A DNA stretch of 64,000 nt from Spirulina sp. (GCA_044070495.1 JBIPSI010000010.1:64001-128000), one strand, 5' to 3'; shown: positions 20,325-31,129, numbered from the stretch's first letter. The notes: generated by a model from the letters alone, not told the origin. Program-made: numbers and translations.

Positions 20325-21641
20325 TCATTGGGGTCGAATCACCGACACGCCGTAGGCCTGGGCGGAGAGGAACTGCTGGGCGGCCCGCTGCACATCGGCC
20401 ACCGTGAGGCGCTGGATATGGTTGGGATAGTGGAGGCCATCGGTAATGTTGCCGGTGAGGGTGTGGTAAAAGCCGTAGAGTCCGGCGCGGTCGCTGGGGG
20501 TTTCGTTGGCAAAGATAAAGCGGTTGGCCACTTGGGTTTGCACCCGCCGCAGTTCCGTCGGGCTAACGGGGGTATCGATGACCGCTTGAATGTGGTCGGT
20601 AATGGCCTGTTCTACGGTGTCTAGGTGTTCTGGGTCGAGCTTGGCCGACACCATAAACGCCCCCTGGTAGGCCAGGGTCATATTGCTACAGCCGATGCTG
20701 CTCACTAGCTTGCGATCTTCCCGCAGGTCGCTCACTAGGCGGGAGGTGCGCCCTCGGCCCAGCACCGAAGCCAGAATATCCAGGGCGTAGGTGTCCTCCA
20801 CATCCACTAGGCCCGGTACCCGCCAGGTCAGGGTGAGGCGAGCTTGGGTCAGGGTGGGGTCGAGGTGAACCACGCGCTGAACGGTGGGGAAGGGAGTTTC
20901 TAGGTCGTAGTCCAGCAGGGGTTTGAACTGTTCGATGGAGGGAGAGGGATGCCGCTGCCATTGCCGCTGGGTGATAGCTTGATCAAAGCCCTCGGCTACG
21001 GTGGCGATTAAGTCCTCCACGGGCAAATTGCCCACGGCCACGGCGGTCATGCTCTGGGGTTGGTACCAGGTGCCGTGGAAATCGCGCATTTGATCGACCG
21101 CTAGGGTCTCAATCACGTCGGTTGGCCCTAGCACCGGGCGACGGTAGGGCAGTCGCTCGAAGGTGAGTTCCATGGATCGGGCGTAGGTGCGGCGACGGGG
21201 GTTGTCGTCAGCGCGGCGAATTTCTTCGAGAATCACGGGCCGCTCCCGTTCAAAGTCCGTTTCGCTGAGGCGGGGGGCCACCACCATCTGAATTTGCAGG
21301 GGGGCCAGATCCCGAAAGTCTTGGGGAGCAGCGGTGATGTAGTACTTGGTGTAGTCCTGGCTGGTAGCGGCGTTGGTGACGGCTCCCCGTTCCTCGATGC
21401 GGCGCTCAAATTCGCCGCAGGGCAGGGCAGCAGTGCCCTTAAAAATCATGTGCTCTAAAAAATGGGCCATGCCGTTGATGGCGTCACTTTCCACCGCCGA
21501 ACCCACCCGCAACCACAGGCTGAGGTTGACCACCTCTAGGGGCATTTGCTCGGCAATGATCGTGAGGCCGTTGGGCAGGCGACGGATAGTGGGGGACACC
21601 AGAAGTGCAGAGGGGGCAGCGGTTGCTGAGAGCAAAGCCAT
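20325..21641 (-). CDS. M16-family (pitrilysin-like) zinc peptidase
   Basis: GMAHFLEHMIFKGT (HxxEH), NAATSQDYT. Confidence 0.93.
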   Translation of the reverse strand: MALLSATAAPSALLVSPTIRRLPNGLTIIAEQMPLEVVNLSLWLRVGSAVESDAINGMAHFLEHMIFKGTAALPCGEFERRIEERGAVTNAATSQDYTKYYITAAPQDFRDLAPLQIQMVVAPRLSETDFERERPVILEEIRRADDNPRRRTYARSMELTFERLPYRRPVLGPTDVIETLAVDQMRDFHGTWYQPQSMTAVAVGNLPVEDLIATVAEGFDQAITQRQWQRHPSPSIEQFKPLLDYDLETPFPTVQRVVHLDPTLTQARLTLTWRVPGLVDVEDTYALDILASVLGRGRTSRLVSDLREDRKLVSSIGCSNMTLAYQGAFMVSAKLDPEHLDTVEQAITDHIQAVIDTPVSPTELRRVQTQVANRFIFANETPSDRAGLYGFYHTLTGNITDGLHYPNHIQRLTVADVQRAAQQFLSAQAYGVSVIRPQ

Positions 21642-21918
21642 AGATTAGAGGGGATAGCGCCCAGGGGCATACTCCGACCATCTTAACGACTGACCGCCCG
21701 TCTGTCTGGGACTTGCGTTACATTCCCTCGCATTTCAACCCTGGGTTGGCGTTAATTCTGTTGGCGCTCATCATCATCATCCTGTGACGGTCGCTGTAGC
21801 GGTAGGAGCCTGCGCGGTAGGGGCTGGAGGTGGGATGTTCCCAACGATCCGCAAAGTCCGTGACCCATGTTTGGGAAAGTATTGTAAATTTCGGGTATGT
21901 GGAGTGGGGAAAGCGCCC

Positions 21919-22647
21919 GTGAGCACCTGGATTAAGGAAACTGACATTGCCATTTATTTGATGCAGGGCGGCTACTGGATTTCTCGCATCACCAAGTATC
22001 CTTCCCAGAACAACCCTAAGGAGAAGGTAGTCAACATCGCCAGCCTCAAGGCTTGGTTTACCCGCGAAGACTACCCCCGCGCCATGACCGTGGCCATCGG
22101 CACCGGAGCCCCGGAACCCCAGCCCATGCCACCCCCCACGCCGCAACCCGCAACTCGGACGGCCACCGGCAGCAACAGCCGCATCAACGCGGCGGGGCTA
22201 GCGGTGATTAAGGTCTTCGAGGGCTTAGCCACCACCGCCTACCCCGACCCCGGCACCGGCGGCGAACCCTGGACCATTGGCTATGGCCACACCTCCGCCG
22301 CCGGAGACCCCAAGGTTTACCCTGGGTTGAAAATTACCGCTGCCCAGGCCGAAGAAATTCTCAAGCGCGACCTGCTGGTGTTTGAGCGGGCCGTTACCCA
22401 ATCCGTAACCCGCACCCCCACGAGCAACCAGTTTGCCGCCCTGGTATCTTTTACCTTTAACGTGGGGCCAAACAACCTGCGAACCTCCACCCTGCTGAAA
22501 AAGCACAACGCTGGCGACACCGCTGGGGCGGCCAACGAATTCCTCAAGTGGGTCTATGCCGGTGGGCGCGTGATGGCGGGCTTAGAGCGTCGGCGTAAGG
22601 CAGAGCGGGCACTCTACCTGGGGCAAAACTATCAGGCGTTTCTCTAG
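21919..22647 (+). CDS. GH24 phage-type lysozyme with an N-terminal extension
   Basis: FEG...AYPD...WTIGYGHT, QFAALVSFTFNVG, GLERRRKAE; probable GTG start at 21919. Confidence 0.85.
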   Translation: MSTWIKETDIAIYLMQGGYWISRITKYPSQNNPKEKVVNIASLKAWFTREDYPRAMTVAIGTGAPEPQPMPPPTPQPATRTATGSNSRINAAGLAVIKVFEGLATTAYPDPGTGGEPWTIGYGHTSAAGDPKVYPGLKITAAQAEEILKRDLLVFERAVTQSVTRTPTSNQFAALVSFTFNVGPNNLRTSTLLKKHNAGDTAGAANEFLKWVYAGGRVMAGLERRRKAERALYLGQNYQAFL

Positions 22648-22707
22648 GATTCCTCTGAAGCAGTGACGTCGCAACTTGCCTCCAGAGAATTCCAGAGAAG
22701 CTACCTC

Positions 22708-23109
22708 TTAGGCCACCGTTGCCGCTTTGTAAGCCGCCCAGCCGCCATACTCGGAAATATCTGGCCAGCCATGCTCGTCAATCAGAGCCTTGGGATAGAG
22801 AAACGCCGTGGCCGTACCGCCGTCCGCCAGGTGTACCTCATGGGGGTACATATGGGGGGGTTCATTATCCTTCAAATAGGTGTACTGTTCTGGGGTCATG
22901 GCATAAAGTTCCCCAGGAATGGAAATGCCCCCATCGCCCACTTCATAGATGCCGGGGTGCCAACCATCCTTCACGGCGTGTAAACGGTAGATAGGTGCTG
23001 TTTGTGCCGCCCGCAAAAACTCAGCGCCCTGGAGATTCTGGTTATCAGGCTGCCCCCGCAAAGCAGACCCACAGATAAATACCGTAATAGATGCCGATGA
23101 GTCAGTCAT
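22708..23109 (-). CDS. Allophanate-hydrolase C-terminal-like / gamma-glutamylcyclotransferase-fold protein
   Basis: VFICGSALRG, TAPIYRL, IPGELY, DISEYGGWAAY. Confidence 0.7.
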   Translation of the reverse strand: MTDSSASITVFICGSALRGQPDNQNLQGAEFLRAAQTAPIYRLHAVKDGWHPGIYEVGDGGISIPGELYAMTPEQYTYLKDNEPPHMYPHEVHLADGGTATAFLYPKALIDEHGWPDISEYGGWAAYKAATVA

Positions 23110-23250
23110 AGCTACCTCGTATGATCGATGCTGGATAGAATTCGGTTGAAGTTCTCCCTAGAAACCAGCGGAGGCTCCGCCAGAAGCCCCCATGCCAGAG
23201 AAAGAAACCCCAAATTAAACCTATCACCTAAGAGAGTCTTCCCTGTCCGC

Positions 23251-23883
23251 CTAAATCACTCGGCCATTGGGTTCCAGCAGGCTGAGGCGATAGATGGCAT
23301 CCGTCGTGGTAATTAGGGTTTCATCGCCTCGGCGGGCTAGTTTAGCGGCAATGTCCAGCAGCTTGCCCGCATCCTTATCCTGCTTAAAGATGCTGTAGTA
23401 GCGGTTGCGATAGGCAATGGCCGCTAGGGGCTTGGCCACATCGGGCACCTGCACTTGGCACAGTTGGTAGGCCTGGGGATCGCTCAGCAGGAGGCAGTTT
23501 TTGGGGCCAAAGACGGGGTAGATACGATGGTTGGGCTGTCGGGGAGGAGGGGCATACTGGGCCTGGGGTTCGTAGGCCCAAATGGCATAGCCCTGTTTCG
23601 TCAGGGTAATAGCTACCTTGTCATCGCGCTTACCCAGACGCGCCACAATCTCCAAAAGCTTTTGCGGGTTGCCAATCACTTTGAAGAAACTATAGAACTG
23701 ATTGTCCACGTACACCGCTGAGAGGCGATGGCCAACGTCCTCCGTCCAGATATGGCAGGGCGTGTAGAGATCCCGGTCAAAGAGAAACTTGCATTCGATG
23801 GCGTGGGCAGGGGAATCAGCCAAGGCTGCGAGGGAGTCGAGGGGAGAAGGCACGGGTGTAGGGGAGGTAGGGCGGTATATCAC
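23251..23883 (-). CDS. Hypothetical protein with an internal tandem domain duplication
   Basis: Two copies of L.A..(V/Y)....YS.FK......KLL.I.A.L..R.D...IT.T...Y.....EP. Confidence 0.75.
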   Translation of the reverse strand: MIYRPTSPTPVPSPLDSLAALADSPAHAIECKFLFDRDLYTPCHIWTEDVGHRLSAVYVDNQFYSFFKVIGNPQKLLEIVARLGKRDDKVAITLTKQGYAIWAYEPQAQYAPPPRQPNHRIYPVFGPKNCLLLSDPQAYQLCQVQVPDVAKPLAAIAYRNRYYSIFKQDKDAGKLLDIAAKLARRGDETLITTTDAIYRLSLLEPNGRVI

Positions 23884-24197
23884 GATTATGACCGAGGCAC
23901 AGCCCCAGGCGAAGGGTAGGTGTACCCCATACCATGGGAGACTTGGCGAAATTTCCCAACCCTGAAATAACGGATTTTAGTCTCGCAAAAAAATAACGCG
24001 TTGGGGAAATCTACGGAGATCGTTAATCCCTAGTGTACCGATTTTATTTTGAGTGGGGCAGTGCGGATCCATACCGTTTTGCCTGAGGAGCAGGTAACCT
24101 CAGCCCAGGCTTCCATCCCCTCGATCCAGCGAGGCAAAATCGGCCCTTGGGCGGGTCAATTCCTGATATGGTGAGACTAAATGCCCTTACAGAACCT

Positions 24198-26249
24198 ATG
24201 GTTGCCACGGTAGATTCCCCGATTCCGGTTGTCTTTCCCCTTGCGGCGGTGGTCGAGCAGGGGGCGATTAAAATGGCCCTTCTGCTAGCCGCCGTGGATC
24301 CTAGTCTGGGGGGAGTGGTGATTGCCGGACGGCGAGGAACGGCGAAGTCGGTGATGGCGCGAGCGCTGCACCAGCTTTTGCCCCCCATTGAAGTGGTGGA
24401 AGGATCCTGCTGCAACGCCGACCCCACCGATGCCCACCAGTGGGACGACCAAACCCTAGCTCGCTTTCCGGGTGGGGAAGCCACCGTTGACCTGCCGACG
24501 CGGGTGGTTCCGGCCCCCTTTATTCAGGTGCCCCTGGGGGTCACTGAGGATCGGCTGCTGGGTTCTGTGGATGTGGCCAAGTCGATCCAGGCGGGAGAGA
24601 GTGTCTTTCAGCCCGGATTGCTGGCGGAGGCCAACCGGGGAGTGCTGTACGTCGATGAACTTAACCTCCTGGATGACCAAATCGCCAACCTGCTGCTGGC
24701 GGCCCTAACGGATCGACGCAACCAGCTAGAACGGGAGGGGTTGAGTTTTCAGCACCCCTGCGCTCCCCTACTGATTGCCACCTACAACCCCGAAGAGGGG
24801 CCACTGCGGGAACATCTATTGGATCGAATTGCCATTGCCCTGTCGGCGGATGGGGCAATGACCCTAGAAAATCGGGTGGCGGTGGTGGATCAAACCAGTC
24901 GCTATGCGGCGGATGCCCAGGGCTTTTTGGCGGACTATGCCGACGAAATCGACGCCCTCCAAACCCAAGTTATTCTGGCGCGGGAGTGGCTGAAGGACGT
25001 GATCATCAGCCGAGAGCAGGTGCAGTACTTGGTAACGGAGGCCCTACGGGGGGGCATCCAGGGGCATCGAGCCGAAATTTTTGCGGTGCGGGTGGCCAAG
25101 GCCCACGCCGCCCTAGAGGGGCGAGCCGAGGTGAACGCCGATGATCTGCGGGTGGCCGTGGAACTGGTGATTGTGCCCCGGTCTCAGTTGGCCCAGGAGA
25201 TGCCGCCGGAGGAGCCGCCGCCGCCGCCGCCCCCACCTCAAACCAATCCCGAAGACAACGATCCCCAGGATCAGCAGGAGGATCAGGACAATCAGGAGGA
25301 CGAGGACGAAGACGACTCCGACAACGACGAAGATGAAGCGCCCCCCAGCATTCCTGAGGAGTTTGTGTTTGATCCAGAGGGGGTAATCCTCGATCCCTCC
25401 ATGCTGGTATTTGCCCAAACCATGGGTCGCCAGGGTGCATCGGGTCGGCAGAGCTTGGTGTTTTCCGACGAGCGGGGCCGCTACATCAAGCCCTTTTTGC
25501 CCCAAGGACCCGTACGCCGCATTGCCGTGGATGCCACCCTGCGAGCCGCCGCCCCCTACCAAAAGTCGCGCCGGGAGCGGCAACCCCATCGGCGGGTGAT
25601 CGTGGAATCAGGGGATATTCGAGCCAAGCGGTTGGCGCGGCGGGCGGGGTCGCTGATTATTTTTGTGGTGGATGCCTCCGGGTCCATGGCCCTCAATCGC
25701 ATGCAGTCGGCTAAAGGGGCGGTGCTGAACCTATTGACCGAAGCCTACCAAAACCGCGACCAGGTGGCCCTGATTCCCTTTCGGGGCGAACAGGCAGAGG
25801 TATTGTTGCCCCCCACTCGATCCATCGCCATGGCCCGTCGTCGCCTAGAGCGGATGCCCTGTGGAGGCGGATCGCCCTTGGCCCACGGCCTCACCCAGGC
25901 GGTACGAGTGGGCACCAATGCCCAGCAGTCGGGGGATATTGGCAACGTGGTGATTGTGGCGATTACCGACGGGCGGGGCAATATTCCCTTGGCTCGTTCC
26001 CTGGGGGAAACCCTCGATTCTGAGGAAAAGCCCGACATCAAGCAGGAACTGTTAGATATTGCCGCCCGGATTCGCGGCATTGGTCACCAGTTGTTAATTA
26101 TCGACACCGAGCGCAAGTTCGTCTCCACAGGATTTGGTAAAGAATTAGCCAGAACCGCTGGCGGACGGTACTACCAACTGCCCAAAGCCACCGACCAAGC
26201 CATTGCCGCCATGGCACGGGGAGCCATCGCCGATATGAAGACTGGGTAA
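24198..26249 (+). CDS. chlD: Magnesium chelatase subunit D
   Basis: [20 protein letters not shown], poly-Pro/acidic linker, vWA DASGS. Confidence 0.96.
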   Translation: MVATVDSPIPVVFPLAAVVEQGAIKMALLLAAVDPSLGGVVIAGRRGTAKSVMARALHQLLPPIEVVEGSCCNADPTDAHQWDDQTLARFPGGEATVDLPTRVVPAPFIQVPLGVTEDRLLGSVDVAKSIQAGESVFQPGLLAEANRGVLYVDELNLLDDQIANLLLAALTDRRNQLEREGLSFQHPCAPLLIATYNPEEGPLREHLLDRIAIALSADGAMTLENRVAVVDQTSRYAADAQGFLADYADEIDALQTQVILAREWLKDVIISREQVQYLVTEALRGGIQGHRAEIFAVRVAKAHAALEGRAEVNADDLRVAVELVIVPRSQLAQEMPPEEPPPPPPPPQTNPEDNDPQDQQEDQDNQEDEDEDDSDNDEDEAPPSIPEEFVFDPEGVILDPSMLVFAQTMGRQGASGRQSLVFSDERGRYIKPFLPQGPVRRIAVDATLRAAAPYQKSRRERQPHRRVIVESGDIRAKRLARRAGSLIIFVVDASGSMALNRMQSAKGAVLNLLTEAYQNRDQVALIPFRGEQAEVLLPPTRSIAMARRRLERMPCGGGSPLAHGLTQAVRVGTNAQQSGDIGNVVIVAITDGRGNIPLARSLGETLDSEEKPDIKQELLDIAARIRGIGHQLLIIDTERKFVSTGFGKELARTAGGRYYQLPKATDQAIAAMARGAIADMKTG

Positions 26250-26380
26250 ACTCCGGTAACTTTAAAACTTGCCATGGCGCTTCCCCCAGCGGAGTAGGGC
26301 AATATGAGGATGACTTGACCGAAATGTCTTTTCTGACCCCTGCCCCCTCAACCGATAGCTTTGCCCTATCGTAGGTTGCT

Positions 26381-28237
26381 ATGGAACATCGCGTGTCATC
26401 TCTCTCCGACGGACAGCGCCTGCTGGCAGCCATCATGGTGACCGATGCCGTGGGGTTTAGTGCCCGCATGTCCGTGGATGAGGCCCTTACCCTGCGGTTG
26501 ATTGATCGAGACTTAACCCTGATTGCCCAAATTTGTGTGGCCTTTGGCGGCAAGGTGCTCAAGTCTACGGGGGACGGGCTGCTGATGTATTTTCTCAGCG
26601 CCGTAGAAGCCGTATCCTGTGGTCTGGAAATGCAGCGTCAACTCGCGGAACAAACCCTAGGTCTAGAGACAGAACAATACCTTGACCATCGCATTGGCAT
26701 TCACCTGGGCGATATCGTCGTCAGCGAACAGGACGTGATGGGCAATGGTGTGAATATCACCGCCCGTCTCCAAACCTATGCCCAGCCTCGGGGCATCTGT
26801 GTCTCACAAACCATCTTTGACGTGGTTAAGGCCCGCCTGAATCTCAATGCCACTTTCCTAGGGGCGCTATCCCTCAAGAATATCCACGAGCCTGTCCCGG
26901 CCTACCAGATCCATCTCTACCCCGATCCCGATTCTGGCCCACCCTCCACTGGGGAGCCAACCTATACGGTACCCATGAGCGCAGACGCCCTGCTCGGCAC
27001 GGCTATCTATGCACTTACCCACCATGATCAGGCGATCCGTATCAAAAAGCTGCTGTTTGCCACCTACCAACAGTCCTGGGAAAATGACCCATCGGTGCTA
27101 AATCAGTTTGACCTTCACACCCTGCTGTTGTCCCTGCGGGAACGCTATCCCACCTTGGGCGATCTGGATCAACAGCTTCAGCGGGTGGTCTTAGGGCTAA
27201 ACCGACAAGGGGTGTATATGGAGGTTGCCGCCCTCATTTTGAGGGAACTTCAGCCCTGGTATGTGCGCACCCTGCACCCCACCACGGAGGAACTCCAAAA
27301 CGGCACTACGGTTCTCACGGTACGTTCGTTAGAGGAACGCTGCGATCTCATTGCCCAACACTTCATTCAGCAAGAAGACTTTCTGCGTCTGCGCAAGCTG
27401 CTGTACTGCCTTGTGTACAACACCTGGGAGAATGAGTCCACCGTGATGGATCAGGTGGACCTGCCGTCGTTAATTCAGCAGGTGGTGCAAACCGCTCCCC
27501 AGAGTCAGGATTTACGCTATCACCTAGGACGCATTGTCAGTCGGCTAAATCGTCGGCGAGAGTATACCCGGTTGGCCAATACCCTGATTCAGTTGCTCCG
27601 CCCCCTCTATGCCACGGTAGGGGTCGCCCAGTTGTCGCCTCCCCTCAGTAGCGAACCTCAAGATTCGGCCCCAGATCATACCGTGGTCACCCCTACCCCG
27701 TCGCTGACCGGCAGTGGAGAGGTGACCACCCTCCAGTCAGCCTCTCCTCCCCTAGCCCACCAGGGCATCACAGCCCCAGCGGTGGGATCCCCACACCCAA
27801 TTCGAGATCGTCGGGTGTTGTTTGATCTGCGGATTGACATTTTGCAGTATGCCAATCCCCTGCGGGCTAAAATTTTGCTGCATTCGTGTCTCCATGGCCC
27901 CTTCAGCTATACCGCCCCAGACTGGACTAACCTTAAACACATCACCCTCGAAGACCTGCTCCACGGGATTTTTGAATATTGTCCAAGCTATACGGACTTA
28001 GAGAGTAAGCTGACGATTATGGCCCATTGTCTAGGGCAAGCCGAGGAAACTATTCCCGTGGCTAATGCCATTACCCGGGCAATTCGGGCATACTATCCTC
28101 AAGATCCAGACGTGCCCCTAGAACCTCCCGATCTGCCGGGGGACTTGGGCCCAGAGGCAAACTCGTTGCCTACCCAAGAGTCCTCCTCCTCAGCCGCAAC
28201 GCCCTATCCGCGTTCCTCGGCGCTATCCTCCGCCTAG
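26381..28237 (+). CDS. Class III nucleotidyl cyclase with three C-terminal helical repeats
   Basis: TDAVGFS, KSTGDG, RIGIHLGD, DVMGNGVNITARLQ. Confidence 0.85.
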   Translation: MEHRVSSLSDGQRLLAAIMVTDAVGFSARMSVDEALTLRLIDRDLTLIAQICVAFGGKVLKSTGDGLLMYFLSAVEAVSCGLEMQRQLAEQTLGLETEQYLDHRIGIHLGDIVVSEQDVMGNGVNITARLQTYAQPRGICVSQTIFDVVKARLNLNATFLGALSLKNIHEPVPAYQIHLYPDPDSGPPSTGEPTYTVPMSADALLGTAIYALTHHDQAIRIKKLLFATYQQSWENDPSVLNQFDLHTLLLSLRERYPTLGDLDQQLQRVVLGLNRQGVYMEVAALILRELQPWYVRTLHPTTEELQNGTTVLTVRSLEERCDLIAQHFIQQEDFLRLRKLLYCLVYNTWENESTVMDQVDLPSLIQQVVQTAPQSQDLRYHLGRIVSRLNRRREYTRLANTLIQLLRPLYATVGVAQLSPPLSSEPQDSAPDHTVVTPTPSLTGSGEVTTLQSASPPLAHQGITAPAVGSPHPIRDRRVLFDLRIDILQYANPLRAKILLHSCLHGPFSYTAPDWTNLKHITLEDLLHGIFEYCPSYTDLESKLTIMAHCLGQAEETIPVANAITRAIRAYYPQDPDVPLEPPDLPGDLGPEANSLPTQESSSSAATPYPRSSALSSA

Positions 28238-28255
28238 TGCCCCTAGGGTGTTTGT

Positions 28256-29248
28256 ATGAATGCCACCGAATTGCTGCAATCCTATGCCTGTGGGCAAATG
28301 GACTTCAAAGGCCTCACGCTAGTGGGCCTTGACCTAGCCGGAGCCGACCTAATTGGGGCCAATCTCACACAGGCGGATCTGGAAAATGCCAATCTCAGTT
28401 TCACCTACCTTACCCGAGCGCGCCTGCGCCAAGCCAATCTTTCCCGCGCCCAACTGGGGGGGGCAAATCTCAACCAGGCCGATCTATCGGCGGCCATCCT
28501 CCATGACGCCGACCTCCATGGAGCCACCCTCCAGGGGGCCGATCTACGTAGCGCTAAAATGACCCTCGCCGATCTCCTTGACGCCAACTTGATGGGAGCC
28601 GATCTCCGCAACGCCGATCTGAGTGGTGCGAACCTGACGGGAGCCTGTTTGAGGGGAGCCAACCTGCGCCAGGAAAACCGTAAGTACACGACCAATTTGC
28701 GCGGAGCCAAGCTCCACCAGGCCGACCTGCGGGGCACCAACCTCTCTGGAGCCGACCTCGCCTACGTTGATCTGAGTCGGGCTAATCTCAGTGAAGCGAC
28801 CCTGCGCGATGCAAACCTGAAGGGAGCCAATCTCCAGGGAGCCCTCCTCAACAACACCAATCTTACGGGAGTTGACCTCAGTGGCGGTAACCTCAATGAC
28901 GCTGACCTCACCCGCTGCCGCTTAACCCGCAGCAACCTAAGCCTGGCCCAGATCAACCATGTGCAGGGCCGTGGGGCCGACTTCACAGACGCCATTCTCA
29001 AACAGGCCCAGATCAATCGGTGCCATTTGCAGGAGAGCCGTTTTAATCGATCCGACCTCGCCCGTGCCAGCCTACGGGGCAGCCATTTATGCAAGGCTAC
29101 GCTGGTGCAAGCCTACCTAGGCCGAGCCGATTTAACCGACGCTGACCTGACGGAAGCCGTGTTAGAACGGGCTGAAATGAGTAGCGCTATCCTCATGGAC
29201 ACGATTCTGACCCAAGCGACCATGCCCGATGGCCGCATCCACGAGTGA
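28256..29248 (+). CDS. Pentapeptide-repeat protein
   Basis: Continuous A(D/N)Lxx repeats, C-terminal MPDG. Confidence 0.95.
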   Translation: MNATELLQSYACGQMDFKGLTLVGLDLAGADLIGANLTQADLENANLSFTYLTRARLRQANLSRAQLGGANLNQADLSAAILHDADLHGATLQGADLRSAKMTLADLLDANLMGADLRNADLSGANLTGACLRGANLRQENRKYTTNLRGAKLHQADLRGTNLSGADLAYVDLSRANLSEATLRDANLKGANLQGALLNNTNLTGVDLSGGNLNDADLTRCRLTRSNLSLAQINHVQGRGADFTDAILKQAQINRCHLQESRFNRSDLARASLRGSHLCKATLVQAYLGRADLTDADLTEAVLERAEMSSAILMDTILTQATMPDGRIHE

Positions 29249-29265
29249 GGCATCTCAAGTCCAGC

Positions 29266-29967
29266 CTAATCATCTCCTTCCCTGGGCACATTAGCTAAGA
29301 TCGACAGGGCAAGGTTGGCCCTCGCCTGAACCGCTAGGGAGCTATCCTGTTGATAAACCCGCTGGAGCTGTTGCTGAATAGCTGAAAAGCCTTCGCCCTG
29401 GGAACGTTCACGGATGGCGAGGGCCAAGCCCTGTAAGCCCACCACTGCGGCATAGCGCACTACCCATTCGGGATCTGCGGTGCCTTGAATCAATGCCTGC
29501 AAACTCTGGGCTTGGGCTGGGGCCACTTGCTCAGAAGGCAGCAACGCCCAGTTAAGATGCCCCAAACCCTTTGCTGCCGCCCGCCGAACACTGAGGGCAA
29601 AGTCTCCGGTAGCCGTTTCCAGGAGAATATCCAAGGCACGGGGATCGCCAATCAACGACAGAGCCCGAATCGCCCAAGCCCGCGCCCCATAGTTGTAGCC
29701 GTCTAGTTCTTCCAGCAACGCCGGAACAGCGAACGCCCCTAGGGCAACTAAGCCATCCACCGCTGCCACCGCCGCCCCCGGATTGTTGTAGCCCAGCACC
29801 TGAATCAGGGTGGGAATGGCCCCAGGATGACGCTGCGCCGCCAAACGACCCACTGCCACCACCATCGCTCCCTTCGAGTCGGCCCCCTCAACGGCCTGAA
29901 TCAGAGGAGCCAGATCCTCGCTGACGACGCTGGGTTGATCCACGATAGGACTATCCTTCACAATCAC
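29266..29967 (-). CDS. cpcF: Phycocyanin alpha-subunit PCB lyase, F subunit
   Basis: LGYNNPGAAVAAVDGL, YNYGARAW, DFALSVRRAAAKGLG; operon position. Confidence 0.93.
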   Translation of the reverse strand: MIVKDSPIVDQPSVVSEDLAPLIQAVEGADSKGAMVVAVGRLAAQRHPGAIPTLIQVLGYNNPGAAVAAVDGLVALGAFAVPALLEELDGYNYGARAWAIRALSLIGDPRALDILLETATGDFALSVRRAAAKGLGHLNWALLPSEQVAPAQAQSLQALIQGTADPEWVVRYAAVVGLQGLALAIRERSQGEGFSAIQQQLQRVYQQDSSLAVQARANLALSILANVPREGDD

Positions 29968-30027
29968 TGATCTATTGCCCCGTATTGATACCTTGTTTCT
30001 ACCCTAGCGCGTCTCCAAAGGCTGACC

Positions 30028-30861
30028 CTAGAGCAACTCATCCATGAGTGCCAACACCCGCTGCGCCTCTGGAGTCAAGTCAGCATCGGGAAAGCGAACT
30101 TCTCGAAGATGCGTCTCCAAAACGCCTTGAAGGGCAATTAATTTCAGGCTATTTTCCGCCAGGGTCGCTGCAATCGACTCAGCAGCAGGGAGATAACCAA
30201 TCGCCCCCAAATCCATCATGGCCGAGCGTCGCAGTTGCAGGTTGGGTTCCTGAAGTCGCTCGACCAACCGCTGACAGTGGCTATCATCCCCAGTGAGTTG
30301 GTACATGGCACGAGCCGCCGCATTTTGCACCTGAGCCACAGGATGGCTCAAAAAAGACCGAATCTCCTCCACCGCCGATGTTGCCCCCAGACAACCCAGG
30401 GCTTCCAAAATGGCGTTATAGGGCTGGACGAGGTGGGGCTTGCCCTCCACAGGGACAGCCGCTTCCACGCCACCCGCCAACAAAGTGACCAGGGCCGGAA
30501 TTGCCTGATGATCGCCTAGGGTACCCAGCGCTTGAGCTGCCGATTCCCGAACGTAGTAATCATCGCAGGCCAAACACTGAATCAGGGGAGTCACCGCACG
30601 GGATTCGCCCAACTTACCCAGGGCACGGGCCGCGTTCCGCCGCAGGGGATATCCCCCATCCGGTGCCCGATCCGACTCATCTTCCAATGCCTGAATCAAA
30701 GCATCCACCGCATCGGGCTGAGTCACCCGAAAACGCCCCAGCCACCAGGCCGCATAGTAGCGCAGCCCCGTATCCTCCCTTTGCTGAAGGTTGGCCACGG
30801 CCTGATTCACCGTGAGGGATTCCCCCTGGGCATTGACCAATTGTTGCGCGTCGGTCTGCAT
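30028..30861 (-). CDS. cpcE: Phycocyanin alpha-subunit PCB lyase, E subunit
   Basis: RYYAAWWLG, GGYPLRRNAARALGKLG, AENSLKLIAL. Confidence 0.94.
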   Translation of the reverse strand: MQTDAQQLVNAQGESLTVNQAVANLQQREDTGLRYYAAWWLGRFRVTQPDAVDALIQALEDESDRAPDGGYPLRRNAARALGKLGESRAVTPLIQCLACDDYYVRESAAQALGTLGDHQAIPALVTLLAGGVEAAVPVEGKPHLVQPYNAILEALGCLGATSAVEEIRSFLSHPVAQVQNAAARAMYQLTGDDSHCQRLVERLQEPNLQLRRSAMMDLGAIGYLPAAESIAATLAENSLKLIALQGVLETHLREVRFPDADLTPEAQRVLALMDELL

Positions 30862-31129
30862 AGATAGCCTGTTGTTGACCCAACCTACTCTTTCAACACA
30901 TGATTGATGGCCCCGTAGGATGCATTTGCGGCAACAATTTCACCTGTTCGCAGGCCAGCCCTCGGTCTCAGCCGCAATGCACCACCCAGAAATCGAGGAT
31001 AGCCCAGCCGTATCAGGGATGATTTTCCCAAATTCCCATCATCTTGGGAGGGCGAGAAAACCTCTCCCCTACGACGTCAGAACCCCTCTCCCCATGGGAA
31101 AGGGGCAGGGTTGGGGGCATCCGGACAAT

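Noticed and set aside
21784..21918. Cys-containing N-terminal extension of the lysozyme ORF
   Set aside because: Reads like promoter DNA (TTGTAAATT); GTG 21919 after GGAGTGGGG is more plausible
21919..23109. Prophage remnant around the lysozyme
   Set aside because: No holin, structural, integrase or att features and host-like composition
28256..29248. Periodic 15-nt DNA pattern
   Set aside because: Fully explained by pentapeptide-repeat coding
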